The translations under genes were made by a program, and so were the position numbers. Below the pieces are notes generated by a model. The model ran no database searches and was not told where the DNA came from. It saw only the letters and a program-made list of their open reading frames with translations. From a virus, in the IMG/VR virus record IMGVR_UViG_3300027608_000013: a stretch of 64,000 nt of DNA; one strand, written 5' to 3'. Below are positions 40,913-51,143 of this stretch, in pieces (the stretch's first letter is position 1; each line of letters starts with the position of its first letter).

Positions 40913-41678
40913 AAGAATTACAGACTATGACAAGGTCTTACCAATTGTCGAATTATATAGATGCGTTCAAAGTGAAGGATCTCGATTTGGTAGACCAACG
41001 ATTGCCGTAAGAACTACGGGTTGCACACATAGATGTTTCTTTGGCGAGGGTGGATGGTGTGATAGCTGGTACACTTCAATACATCCTGAGAAAGGTACAT
41101 TTACATTTAACGATATCATAAAGATATATGATGCCAATCCACATATTACAGAAATGATGTTGACGGGAGGTTCTCCGACAATGCATCCAGCATTAGTAAA
41201 TGAATTAACACACTTTGCACATGAAAGAAACATTATTATTACTATCGAAACTGAAGGATCTCATTTTGTTGCTACTGATTTTCCAATTGATGTCATTAGC
41301 CTCAGTCCTAAGTTTAATAATAGTATTCCCGTTTTGGGGACTGAGACGCCTCAGAAAGCTATTGTGGATGAAAAAATGATTACGCAACACAATAAATTTA
41401 GATTAAATAAAACGGCCATGGCTGAAATGATAATGTATCATAAAGATTATCATTACAAACCAGTATGGGATGGCACTCCTGAAAATTTAGCTGAAATTGA
41501 GGAATTACGTATAGAATTGCTTATTCCGAAAGAAAAGACATATATTATGCCAGCAGGTGATACTAGGGAAGAATTAATTCGTATGTATCCTATAGTGTTT
41601 GAAATGTGTGCCGAACATGGATACAACATGACAGGAAGAGACCATATTATAGCGTGGGATACGCAGCGCGGCGTGTAA
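40896..41678 (+). CDS. queE: 7-carboxy-7-deazaguanine synthase (radical SAM)
   Basis: VQSEGSRFGRPT..VRTTGCTHRC......WCDS, LTGGSP, IETEGS, SLSPK. Confidence 0.88.
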   Translation: MTSHSKRITDYDKVLPIVELYRCVQSEGSRFGRPTIAVRTTGCTHRCFFGEGGWCDSWYTSIHPEKGTFTFNDIIKIYDANPHITEMMLTGGSPTMHPALVNELTHFAHERNIIITIETEGSHFVATDFPIDVISLSPKFNNSIPVLGTETPQKAIVDEKMITQHNKFRLNKTAMAEMIMYHKDYHYKPVWDGTPENLAEIEELRIELLIPKEKTYIMPAGDTREELIRMYPIVFEMCAEHGYNMTGRDHIIAWDTQRGV

Positions 41679-41738
41679 ACTGCATATGATACTGAAAAAA
41701 GAATATAATAGTAGAAAGTATAATAAACAAAGGTAAAT

Positions 41739-41933
41739 ATGGCACGATTACAAGATCAAAATCTTAAAATAAAAATTCAAATTTTAGATGCAGAAGATAA
41801 TATTCTAGTATCAGGCGTAACTAGTTATACCATGGTACATGGTCTCGAAGTATATCAAGGCATCAGTGGTGTAGAAGAAATATATCGTATGTTATTAGAT
41901 GAACTAGAACAAAAACAACAAGCAGAAAAATGA
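41739..41933 (+). CDS. Hypothetical protein
   Basis: 64 aa ORF with AAGG upstream. Confidence 0.5.
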   Translation: MARLQDQNLKIKIQILDAEDNILVSGVTSYTMVHGLEVYQGISGVEEIYRMLLDELEQKQQAEK

Positions 41934-41989
41934 ATTGGACAACAACCACAACGTTTGGCGACGTTAAAATAAATTATGAAATACGATGA
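41930..41989 (+). CDS. 19-aa micro-ORF MNWTTTTTFGDVKINYEIR
   Basis: ATGA overlaps with both the upstream stop and the downstream thioredoxin start. Confidence 0.45.
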   Translation: MNWTTTTTFGDVKINYEIR

Positions 41990-42237
41990 AAAGAATCTTA
42001 TATTTCACAGCAACATGGTGCGGTCCATGTTCATATGTAAAACCGCAATTACAAGAAGCTTCTAATCAAATATCAATATCATTTGTTGATGTTGATTCTA
42101 GCAAAGACACTGTTGCAAAATACAATGTTAAAAATATTCCATGTGCCGTTTTAATAGATAGTAACGGAACAGAATTAGGAAGAGTAGTCGGCAGCAATGT
42201 AACAAAACAGTCAGTTATAAATTTATATAATCGTTAA
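41986..42237 (+). CDS. Thioredoxin
   Basis: FTATWCGPC, VDVD, NIP. Confidence 0.9.
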   Translation: MKRILYFTATWCGPCSYVKPQLQEASNQISISFVDVDSSKDTVAKYNVKNIPCAVLIDSNGTELGRVVGSNVTKQSVINLYNR

Positions 42238-42253
42238 AATAAAAGAACAAGTT

Positions 42254-42553
42254 ATGGAATGGAATCCAATTGGAGATCAGTTACTTTTAAAAGTAGCAAA
42301 GATTTCAGAAAAAACAAAAAGTGGAATTATCTTGGTAGATAGAGATATGCAATTCACACCAGCAGAAGTAGTAAAAGTAGGACCAGGTATATTCACAATG
42401 ACCGGTGATCGTATTCCTATGACAGTTAAAGAAGGCGATTCTGTATTAATTTACAAGTCTAATTTAGGCGAAAATAAAAGTGTAATGATTGATGATTCGG
42501 AATATTATTTAATTCGAGAATCAGAAGTAGGATTAGTAAAATCTACAAAATGA
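42254..42553 (+). CDS. groES: GroES-like co-chaperonin
   Basis: PIGDQLL, KTKSGIIL, VVKVGPG, VKEGD.V, Y.LIRESE. Confidence 0.88.
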   Translation: MEWNPIGDQLLLKVAKISEKTKSGIILVDRDMQFTPAEVVKVGPGIFTMTGDRIPMTVKEGDSVLIYKSNLGENKSVMIDDSEYYLIRESEVGLVKSTK

Positions 42554-42783
42554 TAGAAACATTAGGATGGATTAGTACAGCATTGGTATTAGCCGGTTAT
42601 ATTTTAAATGCACGTCAATTTTCAAAATTAGCAATGGTTGCTTGGATTGTAGGAGATATTGGTTGGATTACATATGATTTTTATATTGATAATTTCAGCC
42701 ACTTAGTACTTAGTTCAGTTATCATTGCAATAAATTTATACGGAATATGGAACTTATTATCAAAAAAGAAGACATCCAACTAA
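42550..42783 (+). CDS. Small three-helix membrane protein (PnuC/SemiSWEET-like)
   Basis: Hydrophobic; LGWISTALVLAGY.LNA...WIVGD.GW..Y...INLYGIWN. Confidence 0.55.
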   Translation: MIETLGWISTALVLAGYILNARQFSKLAMVAWIVGDIGWITYDFYIDNFSHLVLSSVIIAINLYGIWNLLSKKKTSN

Positions 42784-43253
42784 GGATAAAACGATTAGCA
42801 TTAGATATTGCTGATGATCACATAAAAACAGGCAACTTATTACCACCTGTAATGATATGCATACTTAATGGAGCATACATGTTTTATACGGATTTACTTA
42901 GAAATATGCCAATAGATGTTCAATCAGATTTTATCCGATTAAAGTCATATCAAGGGCAAGACAATTCCGGCGGTATTGAAATATTAAAAGGTTTAGAAGT
43001 AGATCTTAAAGGTCGCAATGTTTATGTGATTGATGATATTTGTGATACTGGTACAACCATATTACAAGCATTACTTATGGTAAATGGACATCTCCCACAC
43101 CAAGTAAAAGTGATTACTTTGACTCGAAGAGGTGGTGGAGTTGATCTAACTGATTTCTGCGGTTTTATTATTGGAGATGAATTTATTGCAGGATATGGGC
43201 TTGACAACGACGGAGTAGGAAGAAATTTAGAAGATTTATATAAGGTTAATTAA
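42747..43253 (+). CDS. hpt: Hypoxanthine/guanine phosphoribosyltransferase
   Basis: ILNGA.MF..DL, KSY.G, PRPP-binding VIDDICDTGTT, FIAGYGLD. Confidence 0.85.
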   Translation: MELIIKKEDIQLRIKRLALDIADDHIKTGNLLPPVMICILNGAYMFYTDLLRNMPIDVQSDFIRLKSYQGQDNSGGIEILKGLEVDLKGRNVYVIDDICDTGTTILQALLMVNGHLPHQVKVITLTRRGGGVDLTDFCGFIIGDEFIAGYGLDNDGVGRNLEDLYKVN

Positions 43254-45769
43254 TGGCATATCAAGCAATAGCATATGATAAAAAATCCGGCGTGATGCAC
43301 GTTTGGGATGATGAGTTAGGACATCAAAAGTTTCCTTTCAAACCATACGCATATTTACCTGACGACGCTGGCAAATATAAATCATTAGACGGAACACGAT
43401 TAAAACGTGTAGACGGCAATCATAAAGATAATCCGACAGCATACGAATCAGATATCAATGAAGAAATGCGAACATTGATTGATTTATATTATGAATCAGA
43501 TTTAGCATCAAAAGGTCACCGAGATTTCTTTTTTGACATTGAAACAGAACGCGATGAAGATGGATATTCAACTCCAGAAGAAGCTCGAGCTAGAATTACA
43601 TCTATTGCATATTATGACAAAGCAGGACAAGATCGTCGAGTATTAGTATTAGATGAAGAACGCCGATTGAAAGAAACAGGATTCAAAGGTGATGGGTATG
43701 TAGTTGAAATATTTGATTCTGAAGCAGGAATGCTAACCCGTTTTATTAATGCATTTGCAGAAATACAACCCACTGTAATTTCCGGTTGGAACACTGATAA
43801 TTATGATATCCCGTATCTTATTAACAGAATCAAAAAAATATTAGGTGCTCAAGCAATTAAGAAATTATCTCCGGCTGGAATTGTTGAATGGAGCCGAAGC
43901 AGAGAAAGATACAAAATATTTGGAGTATCTAGTTTAGATTACTTAACGCTTTACAAGAAATTTACATATACAGAACTTCCTAATTACCGATTAGATACGG
44001 TTGCTAAATTTGAATTAGGTCGAGGTAAGATTGAATATGATGGCGATTTGAATCATTTGTTTGCAACAGACATCAATAAGTTTGTTGAATATAATATGGT
44101 CGATGTTAATTTGGTTTATGATTTAGATGATAAATTGCAATTAATACCATTAGCTCGTACAATTTGCCATAAAGGTCACGTTCCATATGAAGATGTATAT
44201 TATGCATCAAAATATTTAGATGGTGCTGCTGTTGTTGATTTGAAACGCAACGGATTAGTTGCCCCAAACAAACGATTCCGATTTATTGAAGACGAAACTC
44301 AAGATACATTAGCAGGTGCGTATGTGATGCCACCGATACCTGGATTATACAAATGGATATATGACTTAGATTTAACATCACTGTATCCTAGTATCATTAT
44401 GAGTTTGAATATTTCACCAGAAACTAAAATTGGTGTAATTAAAAATTGGGAGGAAGAATGCCTATTAACTAATAGTGCTACGCAAGTAACATTTATGGAT
44501 GGGACATTTGTGCAAGATATAAAAACATGGTTACAAGATAATGCATATACAGTTGCAAGTAACGGAGCAGTATATCGCACCGATATCAGAGGATTCTTAC
44601 CTACCATTCTAGAAAAATGGTTTGATGAACGAGTTGAATTTAAAGATAAGCGAGATGAATATGAAGTAGGTTCTGAAAATTATAAATTTTATGATGCATT
44701 GCAGTTAACACAAAAAGTATTGCTTAATTCATTTTATGGAGTATTAGGACTTAAAACATTCCGTTTCCATGATATGGATAATGCGGGTGCCATTACAGCA
44801 ACAGGCCAAAGCGTAATTAAATTTTCAGCAAAGGTTATTAACAATCATTATGCAAAAGAAATCGGCAAAGATCATTTTATTAATGCAACGGGTATGAAAG
44901 CAGAGTTTGCATTCTATACAGATACAGATTCAACCTTTTGTAGTAGTTTGCCATTGATACAAGCTCGGTATCCGGATTATGATGAAACTGATGAACAATT
45001 TATGATTGCTAGAACCAATGAGATTGCATCAGAAGTTCAAACAAAAGTTAATGCAATGTATGATCGTTATGCAGTTGTATTTCATAATACAGAAACACAT
45101 CGTTGGCAAATTAAACAAGAATATATTGCAAAATCTGGTTTATGGATTGCAAAGAAACGATATACACAATGGGTTATTTTCAAAGAAGGGAAACCTACCG
45201 ATAAACTTGATGTTAAAGGTTTAGATGTTGTTAGATCTAGTTTTCCAGAAGATTTCAAAAAAATAATGAAAGAGACACTTTGGCATATTCTTAAAGAACG
45301 CAATAAAACAGATACCACTGATATGATTCATAAATTCAAATCCGGATTGAAAAATTCTGAAGTATTGAATGTAATGAAGAACTCCGGAGTAAAAGAAATA
45401 TCAAAGTATACAAAGAAAAGAAAACCATTTACAGGATATTTAACAGGTACGCCAGCTCACGTAAAAGCAGCAATCAATTTCAATGATTTATTGTCAATGC
45501 ACGGAATACGAGATACAACTCTTATTCAAAATGGAGAAAAAGTAAAATGGGCTTATTTAGCAGATAATCCATTTGGGTTTGATACAATGGCATTGCGAGG
45601 ATATCAAGATCCACCTCAAATTGTAGAATTTGTCGCTCAATACATTGATAGGAATAAAATCTTTCAAAGAGAACTTCAAAATAAACTTGATGATTTTTAT
45701 GCAGCAATGAATTGGGGCAAGTTCCCGGAAAATAATAATGCAAATAAATTTTTTACATTTGGAAAATAA
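43253..45769 (+). CDS. Family B DNA polymerase (gp43-like)
   Basis: FDIET, GWN...YDIPY, DLTSLYPSII, KVLLNSFYG, YTDTDS, KKRY. Confidence 0.95.
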   Translation: MAYQAIAYDKKSGVMHVWDDELGHQKFPFKPYAYLPDDAGKYKSLDGTRLKRVDGNHKDNPTAYESDINEEMRTLIDLYYESDLASKGHRDFFFDIETERDEDGYSTPEEARARITSIAYYDKAGQDRRVLVLDEERRLKETGFKGDGYVVEIFDSEAGMLTRFINAFAEIQPTVISGWNTDNYDIPYLINRIKKILGAQAIKKLSPAGIVEWSRSRERYKIFGVSSLDYLTLYKKFTYTELPNYRLDTVAKFELGRGKIEYDGDLNHLFATDINKFVEYNMVDVNLVYDLDDKLQLIPLARTICHKGHVPYEDVYYASKYLDGAAVVDLKRNGLVAPNKRFRFIEDETQDTLAGAYVMPPIPGLYKWIYDLDLTSLYPSIIMSLNISPETKIGVIKNWEEECLLTNSATQVTFMDGTFVQDIKTWLQDNAYTVASNGAVYRTDIRGFLPTILEKWFDERVEFKDKRDEYEVGSENYKFYDALQLTQKVLLNSFYGVLGLKTFRFHDMDNAGAITATGQSVIKFSAKVINNHYAKEIGKDHFINATGMKAEFAFYTDTDSTFCSSLPLIQARYPDYDETDEQFMIARTNEIASEVQTKVNAMYDRYAVVFHNTETHRWQIKQEYIAKSGLWIAKKRYTQWVIFKEGKPTDKLDVKGLDVVRSSFPEDFKKIMKETLWHILKERNKTDTTDMIHKFKSGLKNSEVLNVMKNSGVKEISKYTKKRKPFTGYLTGTPAHVKAAINFNDLLSMHGIRDTTLIQNGEKVKWAYLADNPFGFDTMALRGYQDPPQIVEFVAQYIDRNKIFQRELQNKLDDFYAAMNWGKFPENNNANKFFTFGK

Positions 45770-45787
45770 GAATAAATTTTATATAAT
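45759..45787 (+). promoter_or_regulatory. Sigma70-like promoter with -10 five nt upstream of ATG
   Basis: TTGGAA 45759-45764, N17, TATAAT 45782-45787, ATG 45793. Confidence 0.6.
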
Positions 45788-45792
45788 AAGTT

Positions 45793-46215
45793 ATGATTGG
45801 TTATAGAACACATTGGTATGGTAAAGAGGTTGAAGGTCGATTTACGGATATCGAAACCCTATTTATTTCGGATATAAAATCATTACAGGAAAAGTTAGAA
45901 GTTCCCGCACATGTTTATTTTTGTAGTCCAGCAACAGCACAATTGATTAAACAAGATGATTGGAAAAGTATGTTTGATTTAATTTCAGACAATACATTTG
46001 TTACAATTGAAGCAACACCTGGAATGGTAGAACAAATACCACCCATGATTAGAATTCGAACACACATCTTGTTAATGTTGAATTGTACGGATGCTGCCTT
46101 GTTAAAAAAGACAGATAGTATTAAAGTTGTATATGCAGATTATTCTTTATATTGTACCACAGTACATAATATGCAACAAGTTACCCCAGATGATTATAAA
46201 TTTGATAGACAATGA
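45793..46215 (+). CDS. Hypothetical protein heading the DpdA operon
   Basis: WYGKEVEGRF...TLF; ATGA overlap with next gene. Confidence 0.6.
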   Translation: MIGYRTHWYGKEVEGRFTDIETLFISDIKSLQEKLEVPAHVYFCSPATAQLIKQDDWKSMFDLISDNTFVTIEATPGMVEQIPPMIRIRTHILLMLNCTDAALLKKTDSIKVVYADYSLYCTTVHNMQQVTPDDYKFDRQ

Positions 46216-46562
46216 AATATAGCGTAGTAGTAACATTTAGCATTGAAGGATTCCATTGTTGGCCTGATGCTAAAGAAATATTTCCAGAAATGGCATTCTT
46301 ATCAGATAGGCATCGTCATATGTTTGGATTTCGATGTTATGCAACAGTAACACATACAGATAGAGATGAAGAATTTATTTTGTTAAACAGAAAGATACAA
46401 AAAGCTCTTCGTATAGCATTCATTAAGGCACAACCAAATATTTTAGAATTTGGATCAATGTCCTGTGAAATGATTGGCGAATGGTTATTAAATGAATTTT
46501 CTGCTTTATATAAAGTAGAAGTTTGGGAAGATTGGGAAAATGGTGCATGCATAGAAAGATAA
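46212..46562 (+). CDS. Second QueD-like T-fold protein
   Basis: EGFHCW, HRH, SCEMI, VEVWED.ENGA resemble the PTPS/QueD fold pattern. Confidence 0.6.
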   Translation: MKYSVVVTFSIEGFHCWPDAKEIFPEMAFLSDRHRHMFGFRCYATVTHTDRDEEFILLNRKIQKALRIAFIKAQPNILEFGSMSCEMIGEWLLNEFSALYKVEVWEDWENGACIER

Positions 46563-46563
46563 T

Positions 46564-47595
46564 ATGAAGATATTTTTAGTAGATTTAGAATCAGTTCCAA
46601 CACGATATACTTGTGAATGGAAATGGCACGTTCCGGCATTGCTTCGAGATAATGGATTTGACGTAGAAGTAATTGAAGGTGATTTAAGTATTCCAACAGC
46701 AACAACACCAGGTGCCTTTTTGAACTTTGGCGGTACTAACATGTACAAGGCTACTCAAACACATCGTTTGGCAGAATTATTCACACGCGGTGAAATTAAA
46801 GAAGGAGACCAGATTGTATTTACCGATGCTTGGCACCCGGGTATTATCAATGTTAAATACATGAGTGAACTCCTAAATATTTCCATTGTAACGCACGGAC
46901 TTTGGCACGCGGGTTCATATGATCCAAATGATTTTTTAGGTCGACTCGTAGGAGATAAACCATGGGTAAGACACGCTGAGCAAGCCTTTATTGGAGCATT
47001 TACACACAATTGGTTAGCAACTCAAGCACATTTTCAATTAATGAAAGAAACTTATGACATTATGCATGACAGTTCTTTTGATAGAACAGGTTGGCCTATG
47101 GAATATACCGAATCAATGATTGCTCCGAAGCTTTGGGCTAAGAAAGAAAATATCATTGTATTTCCACATCGAATAGCTCCAGAAAAGCGGTTAGATTTGT
47201 TTCAAGAATTAGCTTCTAGGCCGGAGTTAAAACATTATCAATTTTGTGTTGCAATGGAAATGAATTTGACTAAAATAGAATATCACGAATTGCTTCAACG
47301 AGCTAAATTTGCCGTCTCATTTGCAGATCAAGAAACATTGGGAATATCAATGTATGAATCAGCTTGTGCAGGAGCATGTCCAATTGTACCAAATAGATTA
47401 TCATATACGGAGATGTATGAACCAATGTTTAAACGAGCTGATTCAGTTGATTCAGCAGTAACGGCAATATTAGAATACGAACACGAAGAATTATCTGAAA
47501 ATATAGCACAATTGGTTGCAAAATTGCACAATAACTTTTTTTCAGCAACAAGATTAATTAATAAACTAAAGGAATACAATGAGCGAACAAAATAA
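46564..47595 (+). CDS. GT-B glycosyltransferase
   Basis: FPHRIAPEKR, QETLGISMYE, PNRLSY.EM. Confidence 0.75.
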   Translation: MKIFLVDLESVPTRYTCEWKWHVPALLRDNGFDVEVIEGDLSIPTATTPGAFLNFGGTNMYKATQTHRLAELFTRGEIKEGDQIVFTDAWHPGIINVKYMSELLNISIVTHGLWHAGSYDPNDFLGRLVGDKPWVRHAEQAFIGAFTHNWLATQAHFQLMKETYDIMHDSSFDRTGWPMEYTESMIAPKLWAKKENIIVFPHRIAPEKRLDLFQELASRPELKHYQFCVAMEMNLTKIEYHELLQRAKFAVSFADQETLGISMYESACAGACPIVPNRLSYTEMYEPMFKRADSVDSAVTAILEYEHEELSENIAQLVAKLHNNFFSATRLINKLKEYNERTK

Positions 47596-48841
47596 AAGAT
47601 TCATATACTTTCCATCTTTATCTGCGGGATCAATGGTCTCTGCATTTAAAAAGGATATGAAGTTTGATAATGGCGATCCAGTAAAATTCTATGATTCACG
47701 CTATCCTAAAGATTGGAGACATCCATACTTTTTGATTACAGCAGGACATCATTACAAGAAAATGGATTTTCGAGATCAAATAGGATTAGAAAAAGATGTG
47801 TTAGTATTTGGAGATTCAGGCGGATACCAAATTGCAACAGGAGCATTGCCATATAGCAATGAATTGCGAGAAAAAATATTTCATTGGTTAGAAGCTAATA
47901 GTGATGTTGCAGCAAATTTAGATATTCCACCTAAAACAAAATATAAAAATAAATTTGCTGAATGTGCAGACATTAGTTATGACAATTTTGCTTATTTTGA
48001 AAAACATCAAAGTGGCAAGACAAAATATCTTAACATGTTGCAAGGATCTAACACTGATGAATATACATGGTGGTATCACAAATTTAAGCATTTTGATTTT
48101 CAAGGATGGGCAATCGGAGGTCCGCAAAAATTAGTAGACTTTATGTTTGCTGTTTCATTAATGCTTAAAGAAAAAACATTTGAAAATCCTAAATTAGAAT
48201 ATTTGCATTTATTGGGTATTAGTAAAATATCTGACTTTTTTATTCTAGCAACTCTACAAAAGTTAATGAATAAAAATTATGGCAATAGAATCTATGTAAC
48301 AACGGATTCATCTTCTCCGGGACAATATCCAGTATATGGAACATATCTTCATTCTGCAAATTACAAAACACAAACCTTTTCGGAATTGTATTTTCCTAAA
48401 AATGCTGAATATAGAAGACAAGCACATATCCGACAAGGAAAAACCGGAGATGTTGGTGTAGATTTAACAAAACATGTACCATGTGCATTACATTGCCCCG
48501 GATGCGCTGATTTTACATATGAATTATTAGGCGGTAAAACGGCAGCTGGATTAGATAGATATTCACAAGAAGCTATGCCAAGAATGGTTGTTCACAATGT
48601 GCATTTGTATGTGCAATGTGCAGACGAAATCAATCAATTAGTAGACAGCCATGTAGAATTGTTAGAAACAGTTGTTCCTCGCGATTTATATGATGTTATC
48701 TTGTCATTGCATGAAATGTTTGCAGATCCAGATGCAGCACCTCAAGTATATGAAAAATATATTAAAACATACAAAAAGTTTGGCGGAAGTAGCATATCAA
48801 CTACTGATGCTGAAAATTTCAATAGATTCTTTAAATTTTAA
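47579..48841 (+). CDS. DpdA-like tRNA-guanine-transglycosylase-fold DNA base-exchange enzyme
   Basis: DSGGYQ, NLDIPP, LQG, HLLG, DSSS, CxxxCxxC followed by HN zinc-site pattern; folE/queD/queE nearby. Confidence 0.75.
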   Translation: MSEQNKRFIYFPSLSAGSMVSAFKKDMKFDNGDPVKFYDSRYPKDWRHPYFLITAGHHYKKMDFRDQIGLEKDVLVFGDSGGYQIATGALPYSNELREKIFHWLEANSDVAANLDIPPKTKYKNKFAECADISYDNFAYFEKHQSGKTKYLNMLQGSNTDEYTWWYHKFKHFDFQGWAIGGPQKLVDFMFAVSLMLKEKTFENPKLEYLHLLGISKISDFFILATLQKLMNKNYGNRIYVTTDSSSPGQYPVYGTYLHSANYKTQTFSELYFPKNAEYRRQAHIRQGKTGDVGVDLTKHVPCALHCPGCADFTYELLGGKTAAGLDRYSQEAMPRMVVHNVHLYVQCADEINQLVDSHVELLETVVPRDLYDVILSLHEMFADPDAAPQVYEKYIKTYKKFGGSSISTTDAENFNRFFKF

Positions 48842-48855
48842 AAAACAGGTTATAA

Positions 48856-49566
48856 ATGGAAAAAAGTAAATTACAATCATTTATCAGTAGATATTATCTG
48901 GCTGGTAATTGTGAAGCAGTTAAATTAAACGAAAACGACAAAGGTGTTAGTTGCGAATTAATTGATATGGATCAAACAGTAGTAGGAAAGATTCAATGGA
49001 ATACTACCCCGTTCATGAAAGGTGAATTAGGAATCAACCATACGGGCGCATTGATAAAAATGCTAGGAGCTGTAGGTGAAAATATCAATATTGATGTAAA
49101 AGATGCAGCGGGAAAGAATTATGCAATGACAATTTCCGAAGGAAGCACAAAGGCAACTTTTATGTTAGCAGATACCACAGTTATTCCGGCAGTGCCAACA
49201 ATTAATGCAGAACCTGATTATCTAATACAAATTCCAGTAAATGATGAATTCATTAGCAAATTTATCAAAGCAAAGAATGCATTGCCAGATGCAAAGAACT
49301 TTGCGGTGCAAGTACAAGGTGGAATTATTAAATTTATTATTAACTATACCACAGTTAATTCAGATAATATTTCTTTTGAAGTAGGTAAAACATCAAATGC
49401 AGATATGGAACCGGTTTGTTTCTCGGCAGATAAATTACGAGAAGTACTTATTTCAAATAAAGGCGATGCGGGTCAATTACATATTTCACCAGATGGTTTA
49501 GCTCGTATTGATTTTGTTGGTAGTGATTTTGAATCTAGCTATTGGTTGGTAATGTTACAGAATTAA
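48856..49566 (+). CDS. Sliding clamp (gp45-like)
   Basis: 236 aa, next to clamp loader, ends YWLVMLQ; based on synteny. Confidence 0.6.
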   Translation: MEKSKLQSFISRYYLAGNCEAVKLNENDKGVSCELIDMDQTVVGKIQWNTTPFMKGELGINHTGALIKMLGAVGENINIDVKDAAGKNYAMTISEGSTKATFMLADTTVIPAVPTINAEPDYLIQIPVNDEFISKFIKAKNALPDAKNFAVQVQGGIIKFIINYTTVNSDNISFEVGKTSNADMEPVCFSADKLREVLISNKGDAGQLHISPDGLARIDFVGSDFESSYWLVMLQN

Positions 49567-49569
49567 GAT

Positions 49570-49998
49570 ATGCAAGTAAAAATAAAAAAATTACATGTAG
49601 ATGCAGTTATCCCGGCATATGGTAAGCCGGGAGATGCTGGAATGGATTTAACAGCAGTATCCGCAATCCTAGATGAATATGGAAATGTTGTTTATGGTAT
49701 TGGATTGGCAATTGAAATTCCCGAAGGTCATGTAGGATTACTTTTTCCTAGATCATCAAATAGCAAAACAGACTTATACCTAACAAATCATGTAGGTGTT
49801 GTTGATTCTGGATATCGAGGTGAAATTATGTTTAAGTTTCGCCCCATTGATGGATTATTGAATGCTAAAGTTTTTCACAAAGGCGATCGAGTAGGACAAT
49901 TAATAATAATACCATATCCGCAAGTAACGTTAATAGAATCTGAAGAATTATCTGATTCAGAAAGAGGTGAAGGCGGATTTGGATCAACCGGAAAATAA
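49570..49998 (+). CDS. dut: dUTPase
   Basis: AGMDL, PRSS, GVVDSGYRGEI, RGEGGFGSTG. Confidence 0.95.
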   Translation: MQVKIKKLHVDAVIPAYGKPGDAGMDLTAVSAILDEYGNVVYGIGLAIEIPEGHVGLLFPRSSNSKTDLYLTNHVGVVDSGYRGEIMFKFRPIDGLLNAKVFHKGDRVGQLIIIPYPQVTLIESEELSDSERGEGGFGSTGK

Positions 49999-50004
49999 TA
50001 AAAT

Positions 50005-50931
50005 ATGTTTGGAAAACAAGAAAATACACTTTGGGTTGAATCATTTCGACCTGACACATTAGAAGGATACATAGGAAATGAACACATTATTGAAAAAGTT
50101 AAAATATTCATTGCTAATGGTGATGTTCCACATCTATTATTTTATGGATCAGCTGGGACAGGTAAAACGACGTTGGCGAAAATAATTGCAAATAGCGTTG
50201 ATGCCGATTTAATGTATATTAATGCATCTGATGAAAACTCCGTTGATGCAGTTCGAGATAAGATTAAGCGTTATGCATCAACTGTTGGATTTAAGCGTTG
50301 GAAAATTATCATTTTAGATGAAGCTGATTATTTAACGCCAAATGCCCAAGCAGCACTTCGCAATTTAATGGAAACATATAGCAAAACAACCAGATTCATA
50401 TTAACATGTAATTATGTTGAAAAGATTATAGATCCAATTCAATCACGTTGTCAGACATTTGCAATAACTCCTCCAAATAAAACGGATGTGGCAAAGAGAT
50501 TGGTAGCAGTACTTGAAGAAAAGGATGTTCAATATGATATCAAAGATATTGCTGCAATTATCAATGCATCATATCCAGATATCCGTAGAGCACTCAATGC
50601 AGCACAAGCATCTGTAGTTAATGGTAAATTGCAACTAGACAAAGCAAGTGCAATTCAAGCAAATTACATGTCCGAAGTGTTAGAAATGTTAAAATCGGCA
50701 AAAGATAAAAAATCTGCATTTACAAAGATTAGACAATGTATTGCTGATAGTAAAGTAAAAGATTTTACGCCATTGTATACATTCTTATATGACAATTTAG
50801 ATGAATTTGCACATGGCCACATTGCACCATGCATTTTAATCATAGCAGAATCACAATTTAAAGATGCAAGTGTAGTAGATAAAGAAATCAACATAATGGC
50901 AATGTTTGTCAATTTATTAGGAGAAATATGA
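50005..50931 (+). CDS. Clamp loader ATPase subunit (gp44/RFC-like)
   Basis: WVESFRP, GSAGTGKTT, NASDE, LDEAD, SRC. Confidence 0.92.
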   Translation: MFGKQENTLWVESFRPDTLEGYIGNEHIIEKVKIFIANGDVPHLLFYGSAGTGKTTLAKIIANSVDADLMYINASDENSVDAVRDKIKRYASTVGFKRWKIIILDEADYLTPNAQAALRNLMETYSKTTRFILTCNYVEKIIDPIQSRCQTFAITPPNKTDVAKRLVAVLEEKDVQYDIKDIAAIINASYPDIRRALNAAQASVVNGKLQLDKASAIQANYMSEVLEMLKSAKDKKSAFTKIRQCIADSKVKDFTPLYTFLYDNLDEFAHGHIAPCILIIAESQFKDASVVDKEINIMAMFVNLLGEI

Positions 50932-51143
50932 GTAAACCACAAATCAAACCAACAGATATGCAACCTATCATTTGTACAGAATGCGATGGGATGTATTTTC
51001 GTCAAGTAATGGCAATTAACAAAGTATCAAAATTTTTAACGGGTGCAGACAAAGACACAATGGTACCAATTCCGGTATTTCGTTGTGATGATTGCGGAGC
51101 AATACCAGCAGAGTTCCAACCAGTTAAAGTGAAAACTAAATAA
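50928..51143 (+). CDS. Small zinc-ribbon protein
   Basis: CTEC...CDDC. Confidence 0.65.
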   Translation: MSKPQIKPTDMQPIICTECDGMYFRQVMAINKVSKFLTGADKDTMVPIPVFRCDDCGAIPAEFQPVKVKTK

